Positions 39,896 to 52,935 of a stretch of 64,000 nucleotides of DNA are shown one piece after another. The notes under the pieces are model-generated. The model was not told the origin of the DNA. It did no database searches and was given only the letters and a program-made list of their open reading frames with translations. Position 1 is the stretch's first letter; every line of letters begins with the position of its first letter. The translations under genes and the position numbers were made by a program. The stretch spans positions 104,036,001 through 104,100,000 of the forward strand of contig CM068744.1 of the NCBI GenBank assembly GCA_035084275.1. The letters are read 5' to 3'. This DNA is from Hydrolagus colliei. Its lineage: Eukaryota.

Positions 39896-40277
39896 CATGT
39901 CAGGCTTGCTAAATTATTCCATCTCTTATGTAAACCAGAACTGTGATGATTTCTAAATGATTTTGGGCAGCCATGGCCACCCGCTTCTACTTTCAATGAA
40001 TCATTTTCACTCTTTAGCTGAGTTAGAGGCTTGAAATTCTATCTTGTCTTTGTCTGTAAGATTATTTTGTTTCCAAAGATAAATATATGCAGAATTGTGT
40101 AAGGTTCTTCAAATCAGTCTCAATTTAAAAGCTGTGTTTTTTTATGGTCATCCAACTGCCTGCACATCTGGAAACCCATCACCAAGCTTAAGAATTTTGA
40201 AACCAAATTGAGAGCTCTATGCATCCCACTTGCAACTGGGCTTCACTCAGAGGCCATGCTGTTGTGATTGTCTGAAA

Positions 40278-40671
40278 AAAAACTTTGTTATCCGGCACCC
40301 TGGGCACCTGACCATTGCCGGTTAGTTAAATACGCCGGATATTCGAGCGGCAAGTTGTCAAAAATCCTACAAAATTAACTTATTTTAAAACATACCATAT
40401 TAATAATAGACTAAATAACACCAGAATATTGCATGGATACTTACCAATAAAGCATTCCAGCACACTCGGTAGAATGATCGGTAAAAAAGCATTCCAGCGT
40501 TCGGTAAGTTTAATAAGTGTGCATGCGCATGCATGTGCAAAGTGAGCATACCGCGAGTGTCCTGGATGACTATGGTATGAGATCCGGTTGCTGGAATGGT
40601 GAATTGTATTGGAAGATACCAGTTGGTTGATCGTTCCGGTTGGTTGGTGCCAGATAACCAAGCTTTTACTG
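40278..40671. mobile_element. Second Tigger-like non-autonomous element
   Basis: Inverted termini aaaactttgttatccggcac / gtgccagataaccaagcttttactg|TA; outer left tip degraded. Confidence 0.7.
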
Positions 40672-41520
40672 TATTAATATAAGCAGATGATGATGAGCTT
40701 CTTTAGCCTCCCTGGTGTCCATCCCCACCCAATTAAAAATGGCCACCCAGTTTTTCTTAAAGAAGCAATGAATTTTTTTGCAACCATATAATATGTGTTA
40801 TTTCCTTATCTTTAGTTTTTATCAATCGATTGAAAAAATATAGCAGTAAAATGTACCTCAATAACACCAATCAACCCCTGCAATTGTCTCGCAATTCCCC
40901 TGTAGAAATTTAATGAAAGCATCCGCAATTCACCGCACGATTTGCAAAGCTCTCCACATTTTTATGCCAAAGGGTCCGAACTCTCTGTTGGTCCAGTCAT
41001 AACTAAACCAACTTCTGTCCTTAGCCCAAGAACTCCAATACAATACTAATTGTATTGTTGTCATCACTGCTCAAGCTAAGGTCATAACACATACCACGTC
41101 TTGATGACCACATCAGACAGTATATTTACCTACTAATCCTGCAGAATCCAATTATAGTATTTCTCTTCCAGTTTCTGTTGCATAGTTTCAGTTTATGCCA
41201 TTTTGCCCACAATATACTACTTTACAGGGTATTCTGTGAAGCACTTTGAGACATCTCGAAGACATGATAAAGTACTATGTCAAATGCAAGGATTATTATT
41301 GTTATAAACTCCCTGTTCCACCCAATCAGGCTCCCAGTTAGTTGTGTGAATTGCTTTGCAATGTTCTCCCAATATGAAAGGCACTACATAAATATAAACA
41401 TTGTGTTTTTTTAAACAGTTTATATGTTCATATCCAATTGATCTGAGATAGAAGGATGTGGAGTCAATCGATAGTAACTGCACCAATATTAGTTCTTCAA
41501 GTTGGGCCTTGTCTTCATCG

Positions 41521-42980
41521 ATAACAACAACAACAACAACAACAAAATTACATTTGTATCATGTCGGGAGGATGTCACAAGGCACTGGACAATTAGTGTT
41601 TTCGACGCGAGCTGTGAGCTGGGCTTGGGGAAGGTGGAGGACAGGGAGTGAAGGAGGGTAATCAAAGGCACGGTCGAAGAGGAGGATCTTGAGATGAGAC
41701 TTGAAAGAAGGAAGGGAGGGGGCAAGACAAAGGGACTGCAGGATAGAGTTCTATAGGTGGGAGCAGAATGGCTGAAGGCCTGCCCACCAATGATGAGAGG
41801 GCGAGGCAGCTGACATGAAGCAGGCCGGAGCCCGCTGAGCATTAGGAGAGGTAGGTAGAGGGTTAAAAGGTCACAGAAGTTCTACATCAATGATCTGGAC
41901 TTGGGTCTACATCAATGATCTGGACTTGGGTGTACGGAGTACAGTTTCCAAGTTTGCAGATGACACTAAGTTAGGGCGAATAGTAAATAGTGAGGAGGAT
42001 AGTAGCCATCTGCAAGAGGATATAGACAAATTGGTAAAGTGGGCAGACACATGGCAGATGAAGTTTAATGCAGAGAAGTGTGAGGTGATGCATTTTGGGA
42101 GAAGAAATGAAGGGAGGCAATATAGGCTAGATAGTACAATTTTAAATGGTGTTAAGGAACAGAGAGACCTGGGGATTTGTGTTAGTGACTCGTTGAAGGT
42201 GGCAGGACAGGAAGACAAGGCTGTTAAGAAGGCATATGGGATACTAGGCTTTATAAATAGGGGTATAGAGTACAAAAGTCAGGAAGTGCTGACTAACCTC
42301 TAAGACTTTGGTGAGGCCTCAGCTGGAATATTGTGTTCAATTCTGGTCACCACACTACAGAAAGGATGTGAAGACATTGGAAAGGGTACAAAGAAGATTT
42401 ACTTGGATGGTGCCAGGATTGAGGGACTTCAGCTATGAGGAGAGGCTAGATAGGCTAGGGTTATTCTCTCTGGAGCAGAGAAGATTGAGGGGAGACCTAA
42501 TAGAGGTTTATAAGATCATGAGGGGTTTCGACAGGGCAAATAGAGAAAAACTATTTCCACTCGTGGGTGAATCTGTGACTCGTGGTCACAGATTTAAAAT
42601 AGTTTCAAGGCGAAGTAGAGGGGAGCTGAGGAGAAATGTTTTCACTCAGCGAGTTGTTCGAATCTGGAATGCATTGCCTGAAAAGGTGGTGGAGGCTGAT
42701 TCGATAACAAATTTTAAAAGGAAATTAGATCTTTATTTAGGGAGAACAGGTCTATTAGGCTATGGGGAGCGGGCAGGGCAGTGGGATTGAATCGCTCTTT
42801 TCAAAGAGCCGGCACAGACTAGATGGGCCGAATGGCCTCCTTTTGTGCCGTAAAATTCTATGAATCTATGAATCTATAAAAGTAAGGGGGAGCAAGGCCA
42901 TGGAAGGCTTTGAGTATGAGGACCAAGATCTTCAACTGTATCCTATGTGTGATGGAAAGTTAGCAGAGTTGGGAGAGGGT
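41521..42980 (-). mobile_element. L2 3' fragment interrupted by CR1
   Basis: (CAA)n tail at 41523; L2 breaks at ggtcacagaagt (41880) and resumes aagtaagggggagcaaggcc near 42880. Confidence 0.8.
41881..42877 (+). mobile_element. CR1 LINE 3' ~1 kb, relatively young
   Basis: YINDLD..SKFADDTKLG, WQMKFNAEKCEVMHFG, VRPQLEYCVQFWSPH, RLRGDLIEVYKI, TRGHRFK; one break near 42301; tail attctatgaatctatg. Confidence 0.97.
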
Positions 42981-42984
42981 GCAG

Positions 42985-43660
42985 GTCTTCAAGGAGGCAA
43001 GGGAGAGAGCAAGGCAAAGGGATTGTGGAATGGAGTTCCAAAGGGTGGGGGAAGAGAGGCTAAAACCCCACCCTCGAGCAGGAGAAATGGAGCCTGCCAA
43101 ACCGAGAGCGCGGAGAGGTTGTTAGGGGATTGGCAAGGTCAGGGGGGTAGGAATGGAGCAAGGCAGTGGAGGCCTTTGAAAGTGATGAACAAGATTTTTA
43201 ATTCTATCTTCTTGAGCCAGTGGAACTGGGCGAAGATGATGGTGACAGGGTCAAGGAGCCTGGTGCAGGTGAGGACATGGGCTGCAGAATTCTGGATGAT
43301 CTACAGATTATGGAGGGAGGAGGTGGGGAGGTCGACAAACGTTTTTGAGAGTTTGCATAGTCAAGCCTGCATGTTATGAATGCTTGAGGGTCTTGGTGGC
43401 CTGTGGTGTGGGACAGTGGCAGAGCTGGGCTATGTTGCAGAGGTGGGGGAAGGCAGAGGTGGTCATTGCACAGATGTGTGATAGAAATCATAGTTGATGG
43501 TCAAACAAGACGCCAAGGTTCCGGACTGGCTTAGTGCACTGGCTCAGTGCATTCTTGTTTGTCAGCATCTGAGGTGTGGAGGCATGGAGGGGAGTCAATT
43601 CAGGAGGGCCTCAGTCTTGTTGATGTTCAACTGTAGAAAGTTAGCTCTCATCCAGAAGCT
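42985..43660 (-). mobile_element. Degraded L2 fragment
   Basis: AFITCRLDYANS and a reverse-strand LNINKTEALL-like segment. Confidence 0.8.
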
Positions 43661-46004
43661 AACCCATGCATCTCGCCATCAGCAGCCAAGGTTTTCAGCC
43701 ACTATTCTGTTTCTTTCTCGGAATGTTCTCCCCAAATCCCCTCTCCCCTAACAAACTATCTCTTTGATCATCCCCTTTGGTTAACGAAGGGGATAATCTC
43801 TATCCCCTTCGGCTAACATTCTCCTCCACCACCATCCCTTCCCAATGGTCCATATTGTCTTTGTAAAGCACTTTAAGGTGTTATCCAATGTGAGAGGCAC
43901 AATATAAATGCAAGTTTATGCCGTTGTTGATGTTGTTGTTGTTGCAGTACTATCCATTACTGGAGCAGTGAGATCTTGCAGCTTTAGGTGAAAACTAATT
44001 ACCAAGTTAATTGTCACACGTACATGTGACTGTCTAGAATAAAACCAAGGACATGAAGCATGAGGCACTAAAAGTGAAGCCTTCAATTGTTTCTAAATTC
44101 TAAGGGACAGGGATACGACTCCCTCACAGAGTCATATTTCCTATTCTTAAAAACCTCCACAAGGCAACAGCCTTCATCATAATTTATCTACATGCCTGCC
44201 TCAGAGATGTGCCTGAGAGAAAGGGGAAAGAAAGACTGAAGCTAAGAATTTTGCACCTCTCTGTAAGACGGCCACACAGGCGACAGAGACTGAGCTGAAT
44301 CCATAATACCACGAGAATCAGACAGGACCCTCACAAGCAAACGATAAGCTGCACAGTTACATCATTGCTTCCCATTCTTTTAATGCTCTTTTTCTTTCCC
44401 AAAATCAAAGACATATTATATGTCACTTGATTTGCTTGATGTGAATATGCAGCTTCTCTTTACCCTTTGCTTGATCACCAAAAATACCGAGCCAACACCT
44501 GATCACACCGTGCTCGGCGTTGGTGGGTTACTAAGAGAGGCGGGAGAGAGAAGGAAGCAGAGAGAAGTCAGTTTAATAGAGATAAGAAGAAAAATCAGTT
44601 AATCCATCTGTCATTGTCAATGGGGGAGGACAGGTTACAATCACCTGGTCACTTTAAACTATCAGAAGCAAATCAGAAAGGCTCAGGTTACTGAGCTCGA
44701 CATTTTAAATAAAACCTGACAATCTGTAAACAGCAATCCCTGGCCTATGTTTGCTGAATGTGTGCGATCGTGTCCTCCCTCTCCTCCTCCCAGTTTGTTC
44801 TTCAAGTGTGTCTGAATCCATTCAGAACATCGCAATAAATGTACCATTTTGTCTTAAGATGGAGTGTGATTCATTATTCCAAAGTGTGTTACATCTGGGT
44901 ACACTGTGGTACGTGACTGGACAAAGCGACATACTGCAGTACTGACAGAGGTTTGCTCGGCCAGACTTTACATAAATAGGTAGTTCTTCTTGTTTTGGCA
45001 CACAGCTGCCTTGGTAAGTGGTACCTTGTTCAGTTCAACTAGTTTCTTTTGCTTATTTTGTAATAGGAATTCTTAATAAGACAGGGTCGTGTAAATAGGG
45101 ACTCATTCTTTGAACCAGCAGTACACCAGGAGATCTGCTCAAATGTAACCTACTTTCCCGTAGGTTGACAAGATTCCTCCTAAAGACTTTCACCAATTAG
45201 ATGCCCAGGGATCCTAAACATTGTTAGATGTATTGGTGTTTGAAACACTCCTGATGTCGTTGACCTGAGAGGTTGAATGTGTTTTTTGATGCTTTAGTAC
45301 ACACTGGAAACCTGAGAGTGCACAGAATTACAGTCAGGAAAGTACTGCCTGGAATGGATTCATTCTTCCAAGGATTTGATTCAATAGCCTTAATTTATGT
45401 AAAAGTTCCCCCTATCCAAGGCCAAGAGGTGTAAAAGTTCAAGTGGACAAACAATACTGTTGTAAAGGAGTAAGGTGTTGGCATATGATTTGGTGCTAAA
45501 ACAGTAATGGTGCCACATTCTTCTTTCTGAGTGTTAGATTCTTGCAAGGTACAAAATCAGATGCTGGGATTGTTGTTAATTGGAAGCCATTTTCTGAACC
45601 AGCATTAAGTAAACAGGATGCATGCCTCTGAGGAAAGAGTGCACATTCCAAACCAGATACAAGGAAATTTCCAGATAGGTGGCATGCCTATGTGGAATTT
45701 TTTGTCTAGTTTGGATACTCTTAAGCATTAAAATTAAGGAGTTCTGTGTGTGTCAAAAGATAAAGTCGGGCTCCTTGCTACAAATAGCTCTACCAAAAAA
45801 ATCTGATATGTTGTGACTCTGGCCTTATAGTTTAACAAGACATCCCAGTGCAGTACGCAGGGAATGCTGTACATTCGGGAGTGTAGTTTTTCAGATGAGG
45901 CATTAAAACTGTTCCATCTATCTATTCAGGTGCAATAGAACAGCACTTCATTCCTTATGTCCTGGTCAGTAATCCTCGTGGCTGCTACATTTTCTTATAA
46001 ATGC

Positions 46005-46810
46005 ACAACAACAAAATAATAAAATTGCACTTATATAGCACCTTTCACATCGGGAGGATGTCCCAAAGCGCTGAACAGTCTGGTGGGGACCCGAGCGGGG
46101 GTGAGGGGTGGGGGGAGGTTTGAGATAGGGGAAGGGGAAGGAGAGTGGGAGAGGGGGAAGAGTTAGTAGAGCAGCTGAAGGCGCAGTCGAAGAGAAAGGT
46201 CTTGAGACCGGCCTTGAAGGAGGAAAGGGAGGAAGCAAGGCGGAAGGGCTGCAGGATGGAGTTCCACAGTGTGCGAGCAGAGAGGCTGAAAGCCCGGCCG
46301 CCGATGGTTGGAGGGTTAGGGCGGTGGATGCGGAGGAGGCCTAAGTCTGCTGAACGGAGGGGACGGGCAGGCTGATAGGGAGACAGTAGGTCAGAGAGGT
46401 AGGCGGGGGCAAGGCCAGTGAATGGCCTTGAAAGTTAGGACAAGGATCTTTAATTTGATCCTCTGGGGGATGGGGAGCCAGTGGAGAAGGGAGAGGGTGG
46501 GAGTGACGTGGTCACGAAGCCTGGTACGGGAGAGTACACGAGCTGCAGAATTCTGAATGATCTGCAGCCTGTGAAGGAAGGAGCTGGGGAGGCCGACGAA
46601 GAGAGAGTTCCATAGTCGAGCCTGGAAGTGATAAAGGCATGGATGAGAGTTTTGGCAGCGTAGAGGGTGAGGTAGTGGCGGTGTCTGGCAATATTGCAGA
46701 GGTAATGGAACGCTGTGCCGGTAATGGAGCAGATGTGGGAAAGGATGGATAGCTCGGAATCGAACAAGACGCCCAGATTCCTGATTGGCTTTGAGAGGTG
46801 GAGAGAGAAG
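46005..46810 (-). mobile_element. L2 LINE 3' fragment
   Basis: FDSELS, LIHAFITSRLDY, L2 tail with a (CAA) run. Confidence 0.93.
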
Positions 46811-48849
46811 CCACTACACTGGCCACAGTCACCACACTGGCCACAAATTCACTACAATCCTCTTTGAGCCATTTTGGTCACAATGATACAATATCAAAAG
46901 CAAGGATTACTTTTATTTAAAGCGGCACTTCAAGTCCAACATTGGGACATGAGTTCAGAGTCTGGGCTGACACTCCGGTGTAGTACTGGGGAAAGCGTTG
47001 CATTATTGGGAGGCTAAGGCGAATAATTCCTCCAGATAAATTAGCCATTCACATCACAGACATCTATTGATGTGCACAAAATGGCGATTATCGCATTTGC
47101 CCGTTACAAATCAGTCAATATACTTGACAGTAATTGCTATAAAGCTCTGATGCATTTCAACGCGATTATATACTTAAAATACACAAGTCTGCTTTTTCTT
47201 TATCATATAAAATCCAGGAATGTCCTTAAAAAAAGGTGTTGTTAAGTTTGCGGCCGATTCATGTCTGTGCTGTCTTTCTGAATAATGCATTACAGATGGT
47301 TTTAAATGTTGCAGCACACAATGCTGTTACAAATCGCATTGAAAGCAAGATGCCGCATTATTCTTGCAATATGCTCTGCACTATCGTTCTTTCCAAGTTC
47401 CTTTGAGAGAGCGGTTGATCACTGCGACATTTGTTTGGTCAGTTGCTATGGTATTCTTCCTTGATTGGATTAATAAAATTGATGTGAACTTTTTGAAGAT
47501 CATTCCTGAGGTTTGGACTTGGCATTCTGTGCAGAAAAACCCTCGGAGAGGAAATTCCATCTGGGTCTACTTTTACTCTATTTTCTTAGCATTTCAGCAC
47601 ATGCAGAAATTGGCAATTTTTTGGTTCAGGTTTAACTTTGAAGCTAGTTATTTGTTTTTGCAAAAGAACTTGCATAAACATGGTTTCCAAATTAAAACTG
47701 TATTTATGAATTTGCCAATTCCTGGACACTTTGAAATGTTAAGAAAATAAACAAAACTAAACCAGGTTTGAATTCCTCCACCTGCATTAGCAGTCTCAGT
47801 TAGAAGCTTTAGGAGCCTTAGTCTTAGACTGTTAAATAAAAGGTATTGTCTTTGACCAGCTGATTGCAATTCATTTACAAGAATACATCACTTGGAAATG
47901 ATCATTCACTACGCAGTTTGCGATATTTTTATGGAACGCAATGCGCAGGAATTTGCTCAAAAAGAGCTTTAACTATGTTACAAGACAATTATGCCTGAAG
48001 TCAATAAAATACACAAAAATATAGTCTTACATACAGTCTTAAAGCCTCACAAAATAAACTTAGCAAATATTATGAGAAGCTACTGTAAAAGAAAGTGCTC
48101 CGTCAACATTAAAATGTAATGGGAATCCATTGCCTAAGTGTTATTGCTTGGTTCATCTGTGTTGATTCAGGAGTGAGAGCCTGAAAAGTCCACTTGGAAA
48201 TGATCGCTAAATGGACTGTAGTTATTCAGTGATAGTTTTTCATGATGTTTTAACTGTCCAATTTCTGTGCAGTGACAAACGCTTAATATATAGTTCAGTT
48301 GCTTCTCTGCAATTCATTACTCAGGATGTTGGCCTGCAGAAGGGAGTGAATAGACTCAGAAACAAAAACAGCAATATTTTTAAAGAATGAGATTTGAAGA
48401 ATAATAAACACCCCAGAGTGATTTCAGGCAATAATCTGATTGAAAGTTCTCACAGAACAGCCCTGAGGTTTGATTTGTTTCTTAAAATAACTCCACAGTA
48501 ATTCCTACTTTTTATTATATGAACTTAACTTTACAGGATGGTTTCATTCCATTTTGAAAGATGTTTCTGAATGTCAGTGGCTATCAGTGATACTGACAAC
48601 CAGTCTTATCTAATGACATTAACTCCATCTTTGCTCATTCCTACTCAATCAGATGCAGTAGAGAAGCATAGCTAATGAATAACATTTTCTAAGATTCTAT
48701 AGGCCTCAAATTTAAGATAATGCAGAATTGTGAAAAATTCTTTAATTTTAGTATGATAGTCTTAATATGAAAGTCAGTTTCTTTTTAAGAACTGTGAAAA
48801 ACTGCTTTATCGTAACAATACTCTATGTATTCGATATGTATGATACAAT

Positions 48850-49245
48850 ATGATGCCTTTTGACATCATCCAGACAACTCAAAGCATTCACAGGAAGTGT
48901 TTCCAGGAATTGCTTCGCTTCACACTTTACTGTAAAGTATGATGACTGTATATTTGTAGGCAAATAAAACAGTCAATTTTCACACAACCATGTCTCATTT
49001 TTATTTGGGGGATTATTAGCGAGAAGAAACTCTTATCTTTTGTCCCGAATACAGCCATGAGATCTTTAACTTCCACCTGAACAGGGTTTAAGATTAACAT
49101 TTGATCCAAAGGACGACACCTCTGACAGTGCAGAAATCCTCCAGCATTGTAGTGTCAGCCTAAAGACTATGAGCTCAAAATCCCAATGTAAGGCTTGAAC
49201 CCCCAATCTTCTGACTTAGACGTGAGAGTGCTAACTGAGAGAGAC
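48850..49245 (-). mobile_element. Old Deu-domain SINE
   Basis: ccatgagatctttaacttccacctga...acctctgacagtgcag...gtgtcagcct...ttctgactta. Confidence 0.75.
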
Positions 49246-49789
49246 TGAATTTCAGTTGAAGATTGAATTCAGTAATATCCCACAACACGACTTGATTTAT
49301 AATTTAAAACCAGTTTTTAATTAGGATTATGTAAAATATTAGGTTTTACAAATTATTATAATTCTATATAGGTAAAGCACATTCATTGAGAACTAGTTTA
49401 CAGTTGATTAGCAAGCTATTCTGTACTTTAGAATACATCTTTAAATTAAATTATGAATACTCTCTAAATGCATTTCTGGAAAAGATTCATTTCTAGAATC
49501 TATCATTTGTACTAAAATCATCATCTGTTTTGCTTTTTTTATGGTCATGTTTAATTGTTATTTCATTCGGCATTCTCTTATCGTGCAAATAACTTTAAAA
49601 GCCCAGCCTGTGTAGATGCATTTGATCATGTTTATTTCATGGTCTGAGTACTTGGAAAATGTTTGTTTGTTTGCCTTCACAGTCACTACACTTTACAATA
49701 AAAAACAGCAGTGAGACATTTTGAAACATTTCAACCTTGAAGCCACTACACTGTATAATACTTTTTTGTATTTTATGGAGTGCATCATC

Positions 49790-50175
49790 ACATTGTAAAG
49801 TCATTTTAAAATGCTTGATAGTATTTTATTGTGAAATGTGGTGACTGTGTAGGCAAACATGACAACAAATTTGAGCAGAGCAATCTCCCACCAACAGCCA
49901 CAGTGTGAATAACCAACTTAATCTGGAGAATTGTTGGTCAATGCACCCAGAAAAATTCCCTTTTCTTTTGAGTATTCTGTGGGATCTGTAACATCCATCC
50001 AAATTATCAGACAATGCTTGATTTGGCACGTCATCCAACGAACAGGACTTCCAACAATGCAGCATACAATACACTGCACTGGGGTGTCAGTCTAGACTGT
50101 GATTTCAAAGTTCTGACATGGGGCTTGAACCATAATGTCCTGACTCAGAGGAAAGGTGCTACCAAGTGAGCAAGG
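49790..50175 (-). mobile_element. Old Deu-domain SINE
   Basis: gggatctgtaacatcc...actgcactggggtgtcagtctaga...ctgactcagaggaaaggtgctaccaagtgagc. Confidence 0.75.
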
Positions 50176-52687
50176 CTGACCTTTATGTAACATGCAGGGT
50201 TAATATTATTTGTTGTTTGAAACAAGAAACAAAACACATAGTCACAGATACAATTAAGCGACACCCGGAATAATATCTGAAGCACAATTCTTTTAAACAG
50301 ACTATTCACACAGAACCAAATACAAACATTAGACATTTCAGAAAGAATTGCTTTGAGCAATGGATCAATGAAGACATTTGTTTTGATTTTTATTTCTCTC
50401 ATTATGAAATGTGCAAATAGAATCTATCGCAACACTGATCTGCGGACTTTCGGAACTATAGTTCTTGTAAAAAAAAACAAGATTTTTTCTTGTTAACCTC
50501 TCAAAACAAGTTCAAAAATGAAAATAAATATAACGAGGCATTACCCATTTTTGAGTGTTGTCTGCCTCGAGGCAATAATTGCTGAGTGCTTCCTTATGGA
50601 ATTCTTCACTATAAGCTAACCATTTTTTGTGTTTTGAGGGAAAGTAAATATGACTTGTTGCCATCCATACTGCTAAGCTGGGCTATTAAGCTTCAAGCTA
50701 AAATGGCAATTATTCATCTGCTATATATCCAATGATTACAAACAGATGGACCTACATACATCAGTTCTTTTGCATCTTGGAGACTTGTGCTGCCAGCTGA
50801 AACTCAGAGAAACATTGTACAGTACTAAACAAGAGACAACAGGAAGATGGTGCCCGGAGGTGCTGTAAGAGCTAATAGGTAGGCCTCCATCCAACCCACC
50901 AGAGATAAGGCAGAGCAAATCAACTTCCGGATGGCATTCTCCTCTCAGCAACTGTTAAGAAATAAAGTGATAATAATAATTCTTATATATGTTAGAGCAC
51001 CTTTCATATCAGGCGGACATCTCGAAGCTTCATAATAATCTTTGTGAAATAGAGAGACTAAATTTATTGAAGGAGTTTTAAAACTAAAAATTATATGTTC
51101 ATATGCTTATGTAAATTAATGATTGTGTGCTCATCGTTACATTTTAAAAAAAGACCTACTTTGCACCAAAAAGTTGGATATCAAAATCTTCAATTCTGTG
51201 TAAACAGCGGCTGAGATACTATGTTTACACTTTCCTAATTTCTTGCTCATTCTCTGCTTTGTACATTGTCCCTGACATTTTCATAAAATAAAATGATAAA
51301 TGGAACCACAAGTTAAAATGGACCCATCCAACTCAGTCAGCATCTATAGTGGGGGCTGTTGGTTGCAGAATATTTCAGGTAAGGTCACTCTGAGGTCAAA
51401 GGCAGGCTTGTTTCACCTCGCTTTACTTGAATAAATGACCGAATATTTTTTTATCCAAAAGGAGTGCCTTCCATCTGTTCACCTCACAAGGATAATGCAA
51501 CGCGGCCTACACACCTTCAGTCACTGTGTGTCGGGCACACCTACCCCATCAATCACTCTGTCAAGTGTTTCACCCACAAACATATTAACACATACTGTAC
51601 ATATCTGTACAGGGTGGTTATGAGAGGCCGTGTTAAAACTAGACCCTACTTATGTATTTCTTTACACAGAGGGATCAACCGCGGAAATAAATTACCAGGA
51701 AGAATTGCAGAGGCCAGGACACTGGACTCATTTAAGAAACGCCTCGGTGGTGTAACGTGGTAGGGTGGGTATGCTGGAAGATTGAGATTAAATTGGATGA
51801 AAGGCTTTCTTCACCCTGAACGCCTCTTCCCATCTTGTGAGAGGCGTTCACACAACTACCAGAAAACACCTGGTGAAGGACACTCAAATGGAGAACTCAC
51901 ACACAGCAAGAATACGAATCATCCCTGCGTTTGACGTGGCGCCTTGTCTCGAAGCGTTTCACAAGGTTTCTGTGAAGAGCGGTGACTGTATTACTGGAGG
52001 AGAATGGGGCAGCCAATTTGCAATGGACAACGTCCTACAAACAACTATGAGCTGATATTATGCCCTATACCTACACCGTGTACAGATACCACATACGTCC
52101 ACATTGACACGAGTGCAATGATATTGCATTTGAGGTTGCCTCGGTTTTGCATTAACATGGTATCTGGTTATGCTTAAATCACTCAAAGTTTACAGCAGAC
52201 ACGTTTGAGTAACCAGGCACCTAGGATTCAGGCCAGCGATGTACACAGGGATACAGTTTCACACCTTTTTCCTCTTTGTATTGGCTGCCAGTCCGATTGC
52301 CTGTGATGCAAAGCTGACTTTTAAAAAAAAACTTAATTTAAATCGGTTGTGTGGTCGAGCGTTCAGTTGGACCCCATTCTTGAGCGTTTAAATGTCAATA
52401 GACGCAGTGAAAGAACTCCCCCCCTTATTTTAAAATAGGTCGAACAATTAATTCGAGGCTTGAACTGGTCAGTGGGGACGTTTTTGCATGTGTTTGGGGT
52501 CTGTGATTCCAGACCTCCGCTTCATTTGCGAAGGATACTGAACGACCAGCGTCGCTCCAATTTGTCAGCGTTTGCACAGAGTACCTGTGAATCGGTGTCT
52601 GCCACATGCCATCTGCTTCATTACACACAGCCTGTCTGGTCCATATTCAGATGCATAGAGCATATCAGAGGGCATATCAATTCTTTT

Positions 52688-52935
52688 ATTATATATATAT
52701 ATATATTCTCACAAGTGCATTGAACATTCCCATACCTACCTACCTACCTACACACACACACACACACACACGGAAACTCAAACAGTCAGATTCAGAGGTC
52801 GTATGCTTGTGAAATAGATACAATTCATTAACTTTATCACCATCACACACACACACACATACAGATACACATACATAAACACACATATACATGCATACAT
52901 ACACACACACACATACATGCATACATGCATACTCA
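52688..52935. repeat. Microsatellite cluster (TA)n, (CCTA)n, (CA)n, (CATA)n
   Basis: Read directly from the sequence. Confidence 0.95.
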
